Positions 30,465 through 39,293 of a stretch of DNA of 64,000 nucleotides are shown in pieces (position 1 is the stretch's first letter; every line of letters begins with the position of its first letter). The notes under the pieces are model-generated. The model saw only the letters and a program-made list of their open reading frames with translations, was not told where the DNA came from and ran no database searches. The DNA comes from Candidatus Latescibacterota bacterium. Its GTDB lineage: Bacteria > Latescibacterota > UBA2968. The DNA is taken from assembly GCA_965204745.1 (NCBI GenBank), contig OZ242010.1, forward strand, positions 3,552,001 through 3,616,000. The letters are read 5' to 3'. The translations under genes and the position numbers were made by a program.

Positions 30465-32012
30465 TCACGCAGGTGCCACCTCGAAAGCCACCAAGTTGCG
30501 GGTCTTTTTGCTGAACGTCACCGCGATGAGATGAATCGACAGGCCAGCGTCTCGATACTTATCCGCGTAGTGCCGCGCTCGCAGTTGCGTCAGGCCGATG
30601 CCCTCGGAGTCCGATTCGACCACTTTGAACTCGAACAAGTAGATGTTGGCGTTGAAACGCACCGCCATGTCCAAACGCCCGTGGCTGCTGCTGTCCTCTA
30701 CGGCGATGTCTAGCCCTAACGACGCAAAGTAGGAGTAGAACACACTGGCGTAGTAGCCTTCGTAGTCGGCGATGTCGTTTTTCGTGTGCCACTGGTAGGG
30801 GATGCTGGCGAAGAATGCCTTGAACAAACTTTCCAGCCCAACGAAGTCAGCGGTCAACAGCAAGTCGTACAGCCGGGCACTGTGCTCTGCCTGCCGCGCT
30901 GGGCTTTCCGTCAAGTGATTCAGCAAGCTCTCGTTCAGGCTCTGGCGCACTTCTTGGTTCGGGTAGCCCAACCGGTAGTAGGTCCTGCTACCGCGCGGTT
31001 CTGTCTGGTGGATGGTCAGATAGCCCGTCTGGAACAGCAGGGCTTCGGTGGCTATGTGGTCGATGTCGAAGGCCGATAGCAACTCGTCGGTGCCCAGCAT
31101 ATTGTCCAAAGCCAATGAACCGACCCCGCGTGTCATTAGCGTCTCGATCAGAAAGGTCGGCGTGGCGGTCTCGAACCAGTAGGCGCCGAACCGACGACGG
31201 CGAAAGAGCAGAAGCACATCAAAGGGATTATAGACCCGCTCGTTCCCCAGCCAGTTGTAGCCATTGTACCAGCGGCGGATTTCGTCGCGATTCAAGCCGG
31301 GAAGTTCCGGCGCAAACACCGCGTCCAGGTCCGCGTCCGTGTACCCGCACAGGGCGGAGTAGCGCGGTTCGAGGGTGATGTCGATGAGATTGTTGAGGCC
31401 AGAGAACAGGCTGACCTTGGAAAACTTGCTCACGCCGGTGAGGAACGCAAACTTGATATGCGCGTCGGCGAACTTGATGGTCGCATACAACCCGCGCAGA
31501 AAGTTGCGGTTGGCGCGGGCGATTTCCGGCTCTTCCAGCGCGTCTAAAATCGGCTTGTCGTACTCGTCGATCAGCACCGCGACGGGTCGCCCGGTCTGAC
31601 GATGCAATGCCTCTATCAGATGGGCGAAACGCCCCGGCGCCGTGGCGTATTCGGAGGTTATTTGTTCTCGACATTCAATGGCGGTCAGTTGTTCCATGAC
31701 GTTCGCCTGGAGGTGCCCCGGCACCCCATAGTCTCCGTTGCTGAAGTCGATCCGCACCACCGGATAGCGAACCGACCAATCCCAGTGGTCGTGGATGTCG
31801 AGCCCCTCAAATAGCGGCGCGTTGCCCTCGAACAATTCCTTCAGCGTGTCGAGGAACAGACTCTTGCCAAAGCGGCGCGGGCGCGACAAAAAGAAATGGC
31901 TACCCTCATCCATCAGTTGCCGCATGTAGGCGGTCTTATCGACATAGTAGCAGTTTTCCTCTCGCATCTTGCGAAAGGTCTGAATGCCAATGGGCAGTTT
32001 GCGTTTATCCAT
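30465..32012 (-). CDS. AAA-ATPase-like/PD-(D/E)XK nuclease, paralog B
   Basis: Same motifs and same 1548-bp length as paralog A. Confidence 0.92.
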   Translation of the reverse strand: MDKRKLPIGIQTFRKMREENCYYVDKTAYMRQLMDEGSHFFLSRPRRFGKSLFLDTLKELFEGNAPLFEGLDIHDHWDWSVRYPVVRIDFSNGDYGVPGHLQANVMEQLTAIECREQITSEYATAPGRFAHLIEALHRQTGRPVAVLIDEYDKPILDALEEPEIARANRNFLRGLYATIKFADAHIKFAFLTGVSKFSKVSLFSGLNNLIDITLEPRYSALCGYTDADLDAVFAPELPGLNRDEIRRWYNGYNWLGNERVYNPFDVLLLFRRRRFGAYWFETATPTFLIETLMTRGVGSLALDNMLGTDELLSAFDIDHIATEALLFQTGYLTIHQTEPRGSRTYYRLGYPNQEVRQSLNESLLNHLTESPARQAEHSARLYDLLLTADFVGLESLFKAFFASIPYQWHTKNDIADYEGYYASVFYSYFASLGLDIAVEDSSSHGRLDMAVRFNANIYLFEFKVVESDSEGIGLTQLRARHYADKYRDAGLSIHLIAVTFSKKTRNLVAFEVAPA

Positions 32013-32319
32013 CCTTTCCCCCTTCAAGAGCCGAATCTCGCGCCATCGGTCTTGGCGTGGCGGCGTTTTTCCGATTGCGCGGTTGTGTTTCCCGCTGATC
32101 CATTTCTCTGCTCATATTGCAAGCGGTTAATGTGCCCAAGCCGAAGATACCACAATATATGCGGTCATGTATTTGGAGGGTGGTCATATCTACGGCTCGG
32201 GGTTTGCGTGTTGCAACTCTCACGCAGGTGCCACCTCGAATTGCCTCTTGCCTCTTACCTCTTGCCTCTTACCTCTTGCTTCTTGCCTCTTGCCTCTCCC
32301 CTCTTGTATCTTGGAAGTA

Positions 32320-32497
32320 AGGGTTAATTAGGAGTTGCGCCCTCGTATCGAGATAAGCCATCTTGATGCCCGGCTCGGGGAAGGCCGGCCCCTCTTGAAG
32401 GCGATGACCTTGTAGGTAAGATAGGCCCCCCGACCGCCGGGTCTATGCCGAAGAGTATCTAAGCCCCTTGAGGCTGCATATACAAGACCGGTAGACT
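32320..32497 (+). ncRNA. Predicted bridge RNA of IS110 copy 1
   Basis: Target loop: GGCCCCTCT (32387-95) and AGGTAAGA (32414-21) around an AAGG/CCTT hairpin. Donor loop: AGAGTATCT (32452-60) and ATACAAG (32480-86) around an AGCC/GGCT hairpin, closed by GTCTA..CCG/CGG.TAGAC. Ends are approximate. Confidence 0.8.
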
Positions 32498-32571
32498 TGG
32501 CGTCAATGGTCGGGACGCGACCCCGAGCGCGCACCAGATCCCTTACAACCCCCTCATCACAGGAGGCCCCC

Positions 32572-33579
32572 ATGTCGAAATCTCACCCCGCTTTTGCCGG
32601 CATTGATGTCAGTGCCCGCACGTTGTCCGTTGCCCTGTCCAGACCCGGACAAGCTGTCATGCAAGCGACCTTTGCCAATGATCCCCAAGCCCATAAGCGG
32701 TTGCTGAAGTGGCTCACGAAGGGCGGGCACATGGTCTCTGTGTGCCTCGAAGCGACCGGGCTTTACAGTTTGGGGGTGGCCTTGGCCTTGCATCGGCATC
32801 GCCACACAAAGGTCATGGTCGTCAATCCCAAAGCGATGAGCAAGTACGCCCAAGCCTGCATGCAACGGGCGAAGACGGATGCGAAGGATGCGTTGTTGAT
32901 CCTCGACTATGCCGAGCGCATGCCTTTTGTGCCTTGGCAAGCGCCGAGCGAGCAACGGCTTCAACTGCAAGCCCTCACCAGACGCATTGACCAACTCAAG
33001 CAGGAGATCATCCGCGAACAGAGCCGCAACCACGCGCAGAGCTACCACATCCGCAGCACACGTCTCATCGCACGCGATATTCAGGTGAATATTCGACACT
33101 TCAAACGCCGGATTGCATACTTGGAAAGCCAAGCCCTCGATCTCGTTTTGCACGATGAGCCCCTCAAGCGTGCCTACCAACGCCTCTGCTCGACGCCTGG
33201 CATCGCGCAAACGAGTGCCTTGCGGCTCTTGGCCGAGTTGACCCTTTTGCCAGAGGAGATGCAACCGCCCCAGTGGGTCGCACATGCAGGCCTGGATCCC
33301 AAACCCAAACAATCCGGAACCGCCAATCCACAAAGACGCATCTCGAAAACCGGGAATAAGTACCTCCGCCATGCCCTCTATATGCCTGCCTGGGTGGCCA
33401 TCAGACACGAAGGCCATGTCAAAGCCTTCTATGACCAACTCATCGCCCGCGGCAAGAAACCTTTGCAGGCTATCGTTGCGGTGATGCGAAAGTTGCTCCA
33501 TTCGATCTGGGGCATGTTGCGCCATGACCAAGATTTTGAGGGCGAAAAATTCTATCGAATCACCCCGAAAACCCCTTGA
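32572..33579 (+). CDS. IS110 family DEDD recombinase/transposase (335 aa)
   Basis: GIDVS, LEATG and KTDAKDA (D-E-D-D) motifs; C-terminal AGL.P...QSG serine motif and GNKYLRHALY. AGGAGG RBS. Confidence 0.95.
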   Translation: MSKSHPAFAGIDVSARTLSVALSRPGQAVMQATFANDPQAHKRLLKWLTKGGHMVSVCLEATGLYSLGVALALHRHRHTKVMVVNPKAMSKYAQACMQRAKTDAKDALLILDYAERMPFVPWQAPSEQRLQLQALTRRIDQLKQEIIREQSRNHAQSYHIRSTRLIARDIQVNIRHFKRRIAYLESQALDLVLHDEPLKRAYQRLCSTPGIAQTSALRLLAELTLLPEEMQPPQWVAHAGLDPKPKQSGTANPQRRISKTGNKYLRHALYMPAWVAIRHEGHVKAFYDQLIARGKKPLQAIVAVMRKLLHSIWGMLRHDQDFEGEKFYRITPKTP

Positions 33580-33685
33580 CCTTTTAAGAGAGTATCTTGC
33601 CTCTTACCTCTTACCGCTGTGTTGCAACTCTCACGCAGATGCCACCTCGAATTGCCTCTTGCCTCTCCCCGCTGTATTGCAACTC

Positions 33686-35233
33686 TCACGCAGATGCCAC
33701 CTCGAAAGCCACCAAGTTGCGGGTCTTTTTGCTGAATGTCACCGCGATGAGATGAATCGGCAGGCCAGCGTCTCGATACTTGTCCGCGTAGTGCCGCGCT
33801 CGCAGTTGCGACAGGCCGATGCCCTCGGAGTCCGATTCGACCACTTTGAACTCGAACAAGTAGATGTTGTCGTTGAAACGCACCGCCATGTCCAAACGCC
33901 CGTGGCTGCTGCTGTCCTCTACGGTGATGTCTAGCCCCAGCGACGCAAAGTAGGAGTAGAACACACTGGCGTAGTAGCCTTCGTAGTCGGCGATATCGTT
34001 TTTCGTGTGCCACTGGTAGGGGATGCTGGCGAAGAATGCCTTGAACAGCGTCTCGAGGCCAGAAAAATCGTTGATGGACAGCAGTTTGTATAACTGGACG
34101 ATGTGCGCGGTCTGGGTGGACGCATTGTGTAGCAGGTGACGCAACAGGCTTTGGTTCAGGCTTTGGCGCACCTCTTGGTTGGGATACCCCAGTTGATAGA
34201 GGGGTTGCCCGACTAGGTCCTCCTCGTCCTGTATGGTCAGATAGCCGGTCTGAAACAACAGGGCTTCGGTAGCCATGTGGTCGATGTCAAAGGCCGACAG
34301 CAACTCGTCGGTGCCGATCATGCGCTCCAGATCAAAGGAACTGACTCTGCGTGCCATTAGGGTCTCGATGAGAAAGGTCGGCGTGGCGGTCTCGAACCAG
34401 TAGGCGCCGAACCGGCGGCGGCGAAAGAGCAACAACACATCAAAGGGGTTATAGACCCGCTCGTTCCCCAGCCAGTTGTAGCCATTGTACCAGCGGCGGA
34501 TTTCGTCGCGATCCAAGCCGGGAAGTTCCGGCGCAAACACCGCGTCCAGATCCGCGTCCGTGTACCCGCACAGTGCGGAGTAGCGCGGTTCGAGGGTGAT
34601 GTCGATGAGATTGTTGAGCCCAGAGAACAGGCTGACCTTGGAAAACTTGCTCACGCCGGTGAGGAACGCAAACTTGATATGTGCGTCGTTATCCTTGATC
34701 GTGGCGTATAGGCCGCGCAGAAAGTCGCGGTTGGCATGGGCGATTTCCGGCTCCTCAAGCGCGTCCAAAATCGGCTTGTCGTACTCGTCGATCAACACCA
34801 CAACCCGCTGTCCCGCACGCTCGTGCAATGCCTCGATCAGAAAGGCAAAACGCTCGGGGACTGTCGCGTACTCGGACTTCATGCCCGCCCGACGTTCCAC
34901 CGCGTCTAATTGTGCCATCAGATTCGCTTGTAGATAGCCCGGCTCTTTGAAGTTGCCGCTACCAAAACTCAGGCGCACCACCGGATAGCGAATCGACCAA
35001 TCCCAGTGGTCGTGGATGTCGAGCCCCTCAAACAGCGGCGCGTTGCCCTCGAACAATTCCTTCAGCGTGTCGAGAAACAGACTCTTGCCAAAGCGGCGCG
35101 GGCGCGAGAGGAAGTAGAGCTTGCCTTCATCGACCAACCGCTGTATGTAGGCGGTCTTATCGACATAGTAATGGTTCTGCTCGCGAATCTCGCGGAAGGT
35201 CTGAATGCCAATGGGCAGTTTGCGCTTATCCAT
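33686..35233 (-). CDS. AAA-ATPase-like/PD-(D/E)XK nuclease, paralog C
   Basis: Same motifs and same 1548-bp length as paralogs A and B. Confidence 0.92.
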   Translation of the reverse strand: MDKRKLPIGIQTFREIREQNHYYVDKTAYIQRLVDEGKLYFLSRPRRFGKSLFLDTLKELFEGNAPLFEGLDIHDHWDWSIRYPVVRLSFGSGNFKEPGYLQANLMAQLDAVERRAGMKSEYATVPERFAFLIEALHERAGQRVVVLIDEYDKPILDALEEPEIAHANRDFLRGLYATIKDNDAHIKFAFLTGVSKFSKVSLFSGLNNLIDITLEPRYSALCGYTDADLDAVFAPELPGLDRDEIRRWYNGYNWLGNERVYNPFDVLLLFRRRRFGAYWFETATPTFLIETLMARRVSSFDLERMIGTDELLSAFDIDHMATEALLFQTGYLTIQDEEDLVGQPLYQLGYPNQEVRQSLNQSLLRHLLHNASTQTAHIVQLYKLLSINDFSGLETLFKAFFASIPYQWHTKNDIADYEGYYASVFYSYFASLGLDITVEDSSSHGRLDMAVRFNDNIYLFEFKVVESDSEGIGLSQLRARHYADKYRDAGLPIHLIAVTFSKKTRNLVAFEVASA

Positions 35234-35435
35234 CCTTTCCTCCTTCAAGAGCCGAATCCCGCGCCAATCGGTCTTGGCGTGGCGGCGTTTTTTTCATTCT
35301 GCGTTTGCAAACAATATCGCCCCAACTATTGCTATGTTACTATATCGCGTCTGTTCTGACAAGGAGTAAGTCAGGGGTCAGCACATCCGCGCCAGAAAAA
35401 CCCCTCGCGATTTATCCTCTCATCGCAACGCTTAC

Positions 35436-35464
35436 TTGACGATTCGCCATTGACTGAGTATAAT
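35436..35464 (+). promoter_or_regulatory. Sigma70-type promoter upstream of the R-M operon
   Basis: TTGACG (35436-41), 17 nt spacer, TATAAT (35459-64). Confidence 0.8.
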
Positions 35465-35610
35465 GGCTTAGCTACCACATTCAACTCGTTGCCCAGATCG
35501 CAGAGGGCGGAAATTAAAACGCATAGCAGAGGAGATAGACATGACTGGCAAAAAGGGACCCATTATGCGTCATCAAGCCTTAATCTCAGTGTTAATGAAA
35601 GGGATGGATT

Positions 35611-36132
35611 ATGACTGAAGCGAAACTCAAAGACACCCTGCGTTTGATGGTTCACCGCTATGGGTTTGAGCGGGTTGAACAATCTCTACATGAGATGCGT
35701 TCAGACCATCGACTCAAAAGCTCTAAGCAGGATAAAGTGCAATCGGTGTCGGGAACGGCGGCAAAGCCGAAAAAAAGGAAAGCAAAAGTGACCGCACCGA
35801 AATACGTGGCGAAAATGGAACTTTCTGCGGATCGGGAAGCCGCAGTCGTTGAGCTTGCGAAAAGGTTTGAGGACAAATGTTTTTTGCCAGCATTTGGCGA
35901 TATTAGAGAATTTTGCCAGATTTATCGCATTCCCGAACCGGCGTCCAAGTCTCGCGCCAGCGCCATCCCAAGAATTTTCAAGTTCCTAGCAACAATGGAA
36001 ATTGACGAACTCCAGAGAATCTTGGACAACGGGATGTTTTCCGGCCCGTCGCGGCTCGGGCCCATTGCGGACGCAATCCGGTACCACAGCCCGCGGAGAC
36101 AACCACAGAAGCCGATCAGCAAAACAACTTGA
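35611..36132 (+). CDS. Hypothetical protein upstream of the type III R-M genes
   Basis: 173-aa ORF with lower GC than its neighbours, directly preceding mod. Confidence 0.7.
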   Translation: MTEAKLKDTLRLMVHRYGFERVEQSLHEMRSDHRLKSSKQDKVQSVSGTAAKPKKRKAKVTAPKYVAKMELSADREAAVVELAKRFEDKCFLPAFGDIREFCQIYRIPEPASKSRASAIPRIFKFLATMEIDELQRILDNGMFSGPSRLGPIADAIRYHSPRRQPQKPISKTT

Positions 36133-36140
36133 GGAAGCCC

Positions 36141-39100
36141 ATGACTGACATGACCTCATCTCGACCAAACAAAGTGCAACCTGCGCCCGGGGCAGGGGGA
36201 AAGCTCGACCGGTTGCGGGCGTTGTTGCGCGAGATGTTTCAACTCGACCGCGGCGATTTGGACTTTGGATTGTACCGGATCATGAACTTGAAGGCCGGCG
36301 AGATCGCGGCCTTTCTCGACGAGGATTTGTTGCCGCAGGTCAAGACCAAGTTGAATCTCACCAGCGAGGAGGAAATGGCCTCGCTCGAAGAAAACTTGGA
36401 TAACGCCCGCAAAGCGGCCCAAAAGTTGCGGGTCGATCCAGACACCTCGCCCTTGGTCCAAGAGTTGTACGCGCGGCTCGCGGAAATGCGGAAGGACGCG
36501 GCAGCCGAGGCCGATGTGTACAACCATCTCACCCATTTCTTCGCGCGGTATTACGCCGAGGGCGATTTCATCTCGCAGCGGCGTTACGCCAGCGGAGGGC
36601 ATGCGGCCTATCTGATCCCGTACGATGGCGAAGAAGTCAAGTTGCACTGGGCAAACGCAGAGCAGTATTACGTCAAAACGACCGAGAACTACGCGGCTTA
36701 TGCGTTCACAGTGGGGGCGGGCGACGCGAAAAAGCGCGTGCGCTTCGAGATCGCAACAGCGGATAACGAGAAGGACACTATCGCGGAACCGGCCGGCAAA
36801 CAGCGGCGGTTCGTGCTCGCAGGGGGGACGCGCGCCATTGCGGTCGACGAGGGCGATTTGATCGTGCGCTTCGCGCATCGGCCCCTAACAGACCGCGAAA
36901 AGAAGCGATGGGCGGGCAATGGGGTCAAGCAACAGGGGCGGATCAACGAGGCGATAGTTGCGCGCATCCTCAACGCGGTGACGCCGGACTGGCTGCCTTT
37001 GTTGGCCGCACCCGCGCCCACAGATGCCAATGGCGAGCGCACGGTGCTGGCAAAGCACGTCGAGCGTTATACGGCCAAGAATAGTTTTGACTATTTCATC
37101 CACGAGGATTTGGGCGGGTTTTTGCGCCGCGAGTTGGATTTGTACTTAAACTCGGAAGTGCTGAACTTGGACGATCTGGAACGAGGCGACGTCCTCCGCT
37201 TGGACAGGGCACTGGCGCGGGTGCGTGCAACGCGGTACATCGGCGGCAAGATCATCGACTTTTTGGCGCAGTTGGAGGCGTTTCAAAAGCAACTTTGGCT
37301 AAAGAAAAAGTTCGTGCTCGAGACACAGTGGTGCGTGACATTGGACCGCGTTCCAGACGCGCTATACGCGGAGATCGCCGCCAACACAGCGCAGTGCGCG
37401 GAATGGGTCGCGCTGTTCGCCGCCGATGAGATCGCGGGAGACCTGACCAATGGCAATACGACTTGGACCGACCCGCCGAGCGTGGCATTCCTCAAGGCCA
37501 ACCCCTATCTCGTGCTGGACACGCGACACTTTGACCGCGCGTTCAAGGACCGCCTGTTGACCGCGCTTTCCGATGCTGGCCCGCTAAGCGACCAGTTGGA
37601 CGGCCTGCTCATCCACGCCGAGAATTTTCAGGCGTTGAACCTGCTGCAAGCGCGGTATCAGGGGCAGGTGCAGTGCATTCACATCGATCCGCCATACAAC
37701 ACCCAAACGAGCGGCTTTATGTACAAGAACGGGTACCAGCACTCGAGTTGGCTCGCAATGATGCACAATCGCACAGAGGCCGGGATCGCACTGCTGAATG
37801 AGAAAGGGCATTTCCTGTGCCACATCGATGAAAATGAGTACGAAAAACTTTATATGCTGTTGGACTATATTGGGATTCCCGATGTCGGGACGATTGTTTG
37901 GGATAAGAGAAATCCCATGACTGGAGGCGGGGGAATCGCAACTCAGCATGAGTACATTGTTTGCAGGTCAAACTCGGATGATGCGATCCGGCTTCGGAAC
38001 GCCAACGTCAAATCTATCTTAAACAAAGCCAAAGAACTGGTGGACGAGCACGGTGGCGTGTCTGACGCGGCAAAAAGTGCATTTTCGAGTTGGGTATCAA
38101 AAAACGCCCGATTAACAGGGGGCGAAAGGGCATATCGCTATATTGACGAGGCTGAAAGGGTATATACAAGCGTGAGTTTGAGAGCACCAGAACCGAGAAC
38201 CGATCCAAAGTTTTTTGAGCCACTGATACACCCCTTGACCGGAAAACCCTGTGCAGTTCCACCTAATGGGTTTTCGCGTACGCCAGAGACACTCAAAGCA
38301 ATGGTTCGGCGCGGAGAAATTTTGTTTGGTTCCGATGAAACCACGCAACCTCGACAAAAGCGATTTCTCGAGGAAGGAACTGATCGGCAACTTTCCTCTG
38401 TGATTCAGGATGCCAAGAGAGGAAAAGCCGACCTCGATGGATTGGGCTTAGAGAACTTTCCCTATTGTCATTCGGTGTCCTTGTATGAAGAATTGTTGGG
38501 GGCTACGGCGCCTGACGCCAATGACATGGTGCTCGATTTCTTCGCCGGCTCTGGCACTACCGGGCATGCGGTCGTCAATCTCAACCGCGAGGATGGGGGG
38601 CGGCGCAAGTACGTTCTCGTGGAACTCGGCCACCATTTCGACACGGTGTTGTTGCCGCGCATGAAAAAGGTCGTCTATTCGCCGAATTGGAAGGATGGCA
38701 AGCCGGTGTCGCGCAATGGGATTACGCAACTGGTCAAGTACATCCGCTTGGAATCCTACGAAGATGCGATGGACAGTTTGGACATCGCGCCGCCATCAGC
38801 CGCACAAAAGGAGTTGCTGGCCGAAAATCCCGCGCTGGCCGAGGATTATCGGTTGCGCTACATGCTCGGCGTAGAGACGGCTGGCAGCGCGTCTTTGCTG
38901 GGCGAGGCGTTTGCCGATCCGTTTGCGTACACGCTCTCGGTCGTGCGCGATGGGGGGCGCAGCGAAGTCCCGGTCGATTTGCCCGAGACCTTCAATTTTT
39001 TGCTCGGCTTGCGCGTGGCGTCCCACCGGCAAATCGATGGCGTGCTCGCTATCGCGGGCACAGACGCCGAGCGCCGCGACTGCCTGATCCTCTGGCGCGA

Positions 39101-39293
39101 TTTAGACGCCATGGATCACGCCGCGCTAGACGCTTGGTTTGACCGCAACCGCGACCAATTCTCCGAATCGCTGGACGTCATCTACGTCAATGGCGACCAC
39201 ACCCTAAACGCCATGCGACCGCCGGGCGCGTCTTGGACCGCCGAGACCATCGAGCCTGTTTTTCGAGACCTGATGTTCATGGGAGAATCGTAA
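36141..39293 (+). CDS. mod: Type III restriction-modification DNA methyltransferase (Mod)
   Basis: DLDFGLYRIMN, HIDPPYNT (motif IV) and DFFAGSGTT (motif I). Overlaps the res start (TAATG). Confidence 0.88.
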   Translation: MTDMTSSRPNKVQPAPGAGGKLDRLRALLREMFQLDRGDLDFGLYRIMNLKAGEIAAFLDEDLLPQVKTKLNLTSEEEMASLEENLDNARKAAQKLRVDPDTSPLVQELYARLAEMRKDAAAEADVYNHLTHFFARYYAEGDFISQRRYASGGHAAYLIPYDGEEVKLHWANAEQYYVKTTENYAAYAFTVGAGDAKKRVRFEIATADNEKDTIAEPAGKQRRFVLAGGTRAIAVDEGDLIVRFAHRPLTDREKKRWAGNGVKQQGRINEAIVARILNAVTPDWLPLLAAPAPTDANGERTVLAKHVERYTAKNSFDYFIHEDLGGFLRRELDLYLNSEVLNLDDLERGDVLRLDRALARVRATRYIGGKIIDFLAQLEAFQKQLWLKKKFVLETQWCVTLDRVPDALYAEIAANTAQCAEWVALFAADEIAGDLTNGNTTWTDPPSVAFLKANPYLVLDTRHFDRAFKDRLLTALSDAGPLSDQLDGLLIHAENFQALNLLQARYQGQVQCIHIDPPYNTQTSGFMYKNGYQHSSWLAMMHNRTEAGIALLNEKGHFLCHIDENEYEKLYMLLDYIGIPDVGTIVWDKRNPMTGGGGIATQHEYIVCRSNSDDAIRLRNANVKSILNKAKELVDEHGGVSDAAKSAFSSWVSKNARLTGGERAYRYIDEAERVYTSVSLRAPEPRTDPKFFEPLIHPLTGKPCAVPPNGFSRTPETLKAMVRRGEILFGSDETTQPRQKRFLEEGTDRQLSSVIQDAKRGKADLDGLGLENFPYCHSVSLYEELLGATAPDANDMVLDFFAGSGTTGHAVVNLNREDGGRRKYVLVELGHHFDTVLLPRMKKVVYSPNWKDGKPVSRNGITQLVKYIRLESYEDAMDSLDIAPPSAAQKELLAENPALAEDYRLRYMLGVETAGSASLLGEAFADPFAYTLSVVRDGGRSEVPVDLPETFNFLLGLRVASHRQIDGVLAIAGTDAERRDCLILWRDLDAMDHAALDAWFDRNRDQFSESLDVIYVNGDHTLNAMRPPGASWTAETIEPVFRDLMFMGES

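Larger units (their letters stand above)
32305..33595 (+). mobile_element. IS110-family (IS621-like) insertion sequence, copy 1
   Basis: Bounded by CT cores at 32303-04 and 33596-97. About 265-nt non-coding left end, recombinase gene and short right end ending AAGAGAGTAT. Flanks rebuild CTCCCCT-CT-TGCCTCT. Confidence 0.92.

Noticed and set aside
32310-32311. Alternative IS boundary with the core at the second CT (GTATCTT as a 7-bp duplication)
   Set aside because: The right donor guide ATACAAG, the left target guide CCCCTCT, the junction -10 box and the empty-site sequence all fit the core at 32303-04.
28487-33706. 33-bp direct repeats resembling a CRISPR array
   Set aside because: The repeat is the 3' end of the AAA genes. 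The intervening DNA is low-complexity heptamers or whole genes, spacing is irregular, and no cas genes are present.
28631-35233. Diversity-generating retroelement acting on the AAA paralogs or the giant protein
   Set aside because: No reverse transcriptase is in the window, and differences are block swaps not restricted to adenines.
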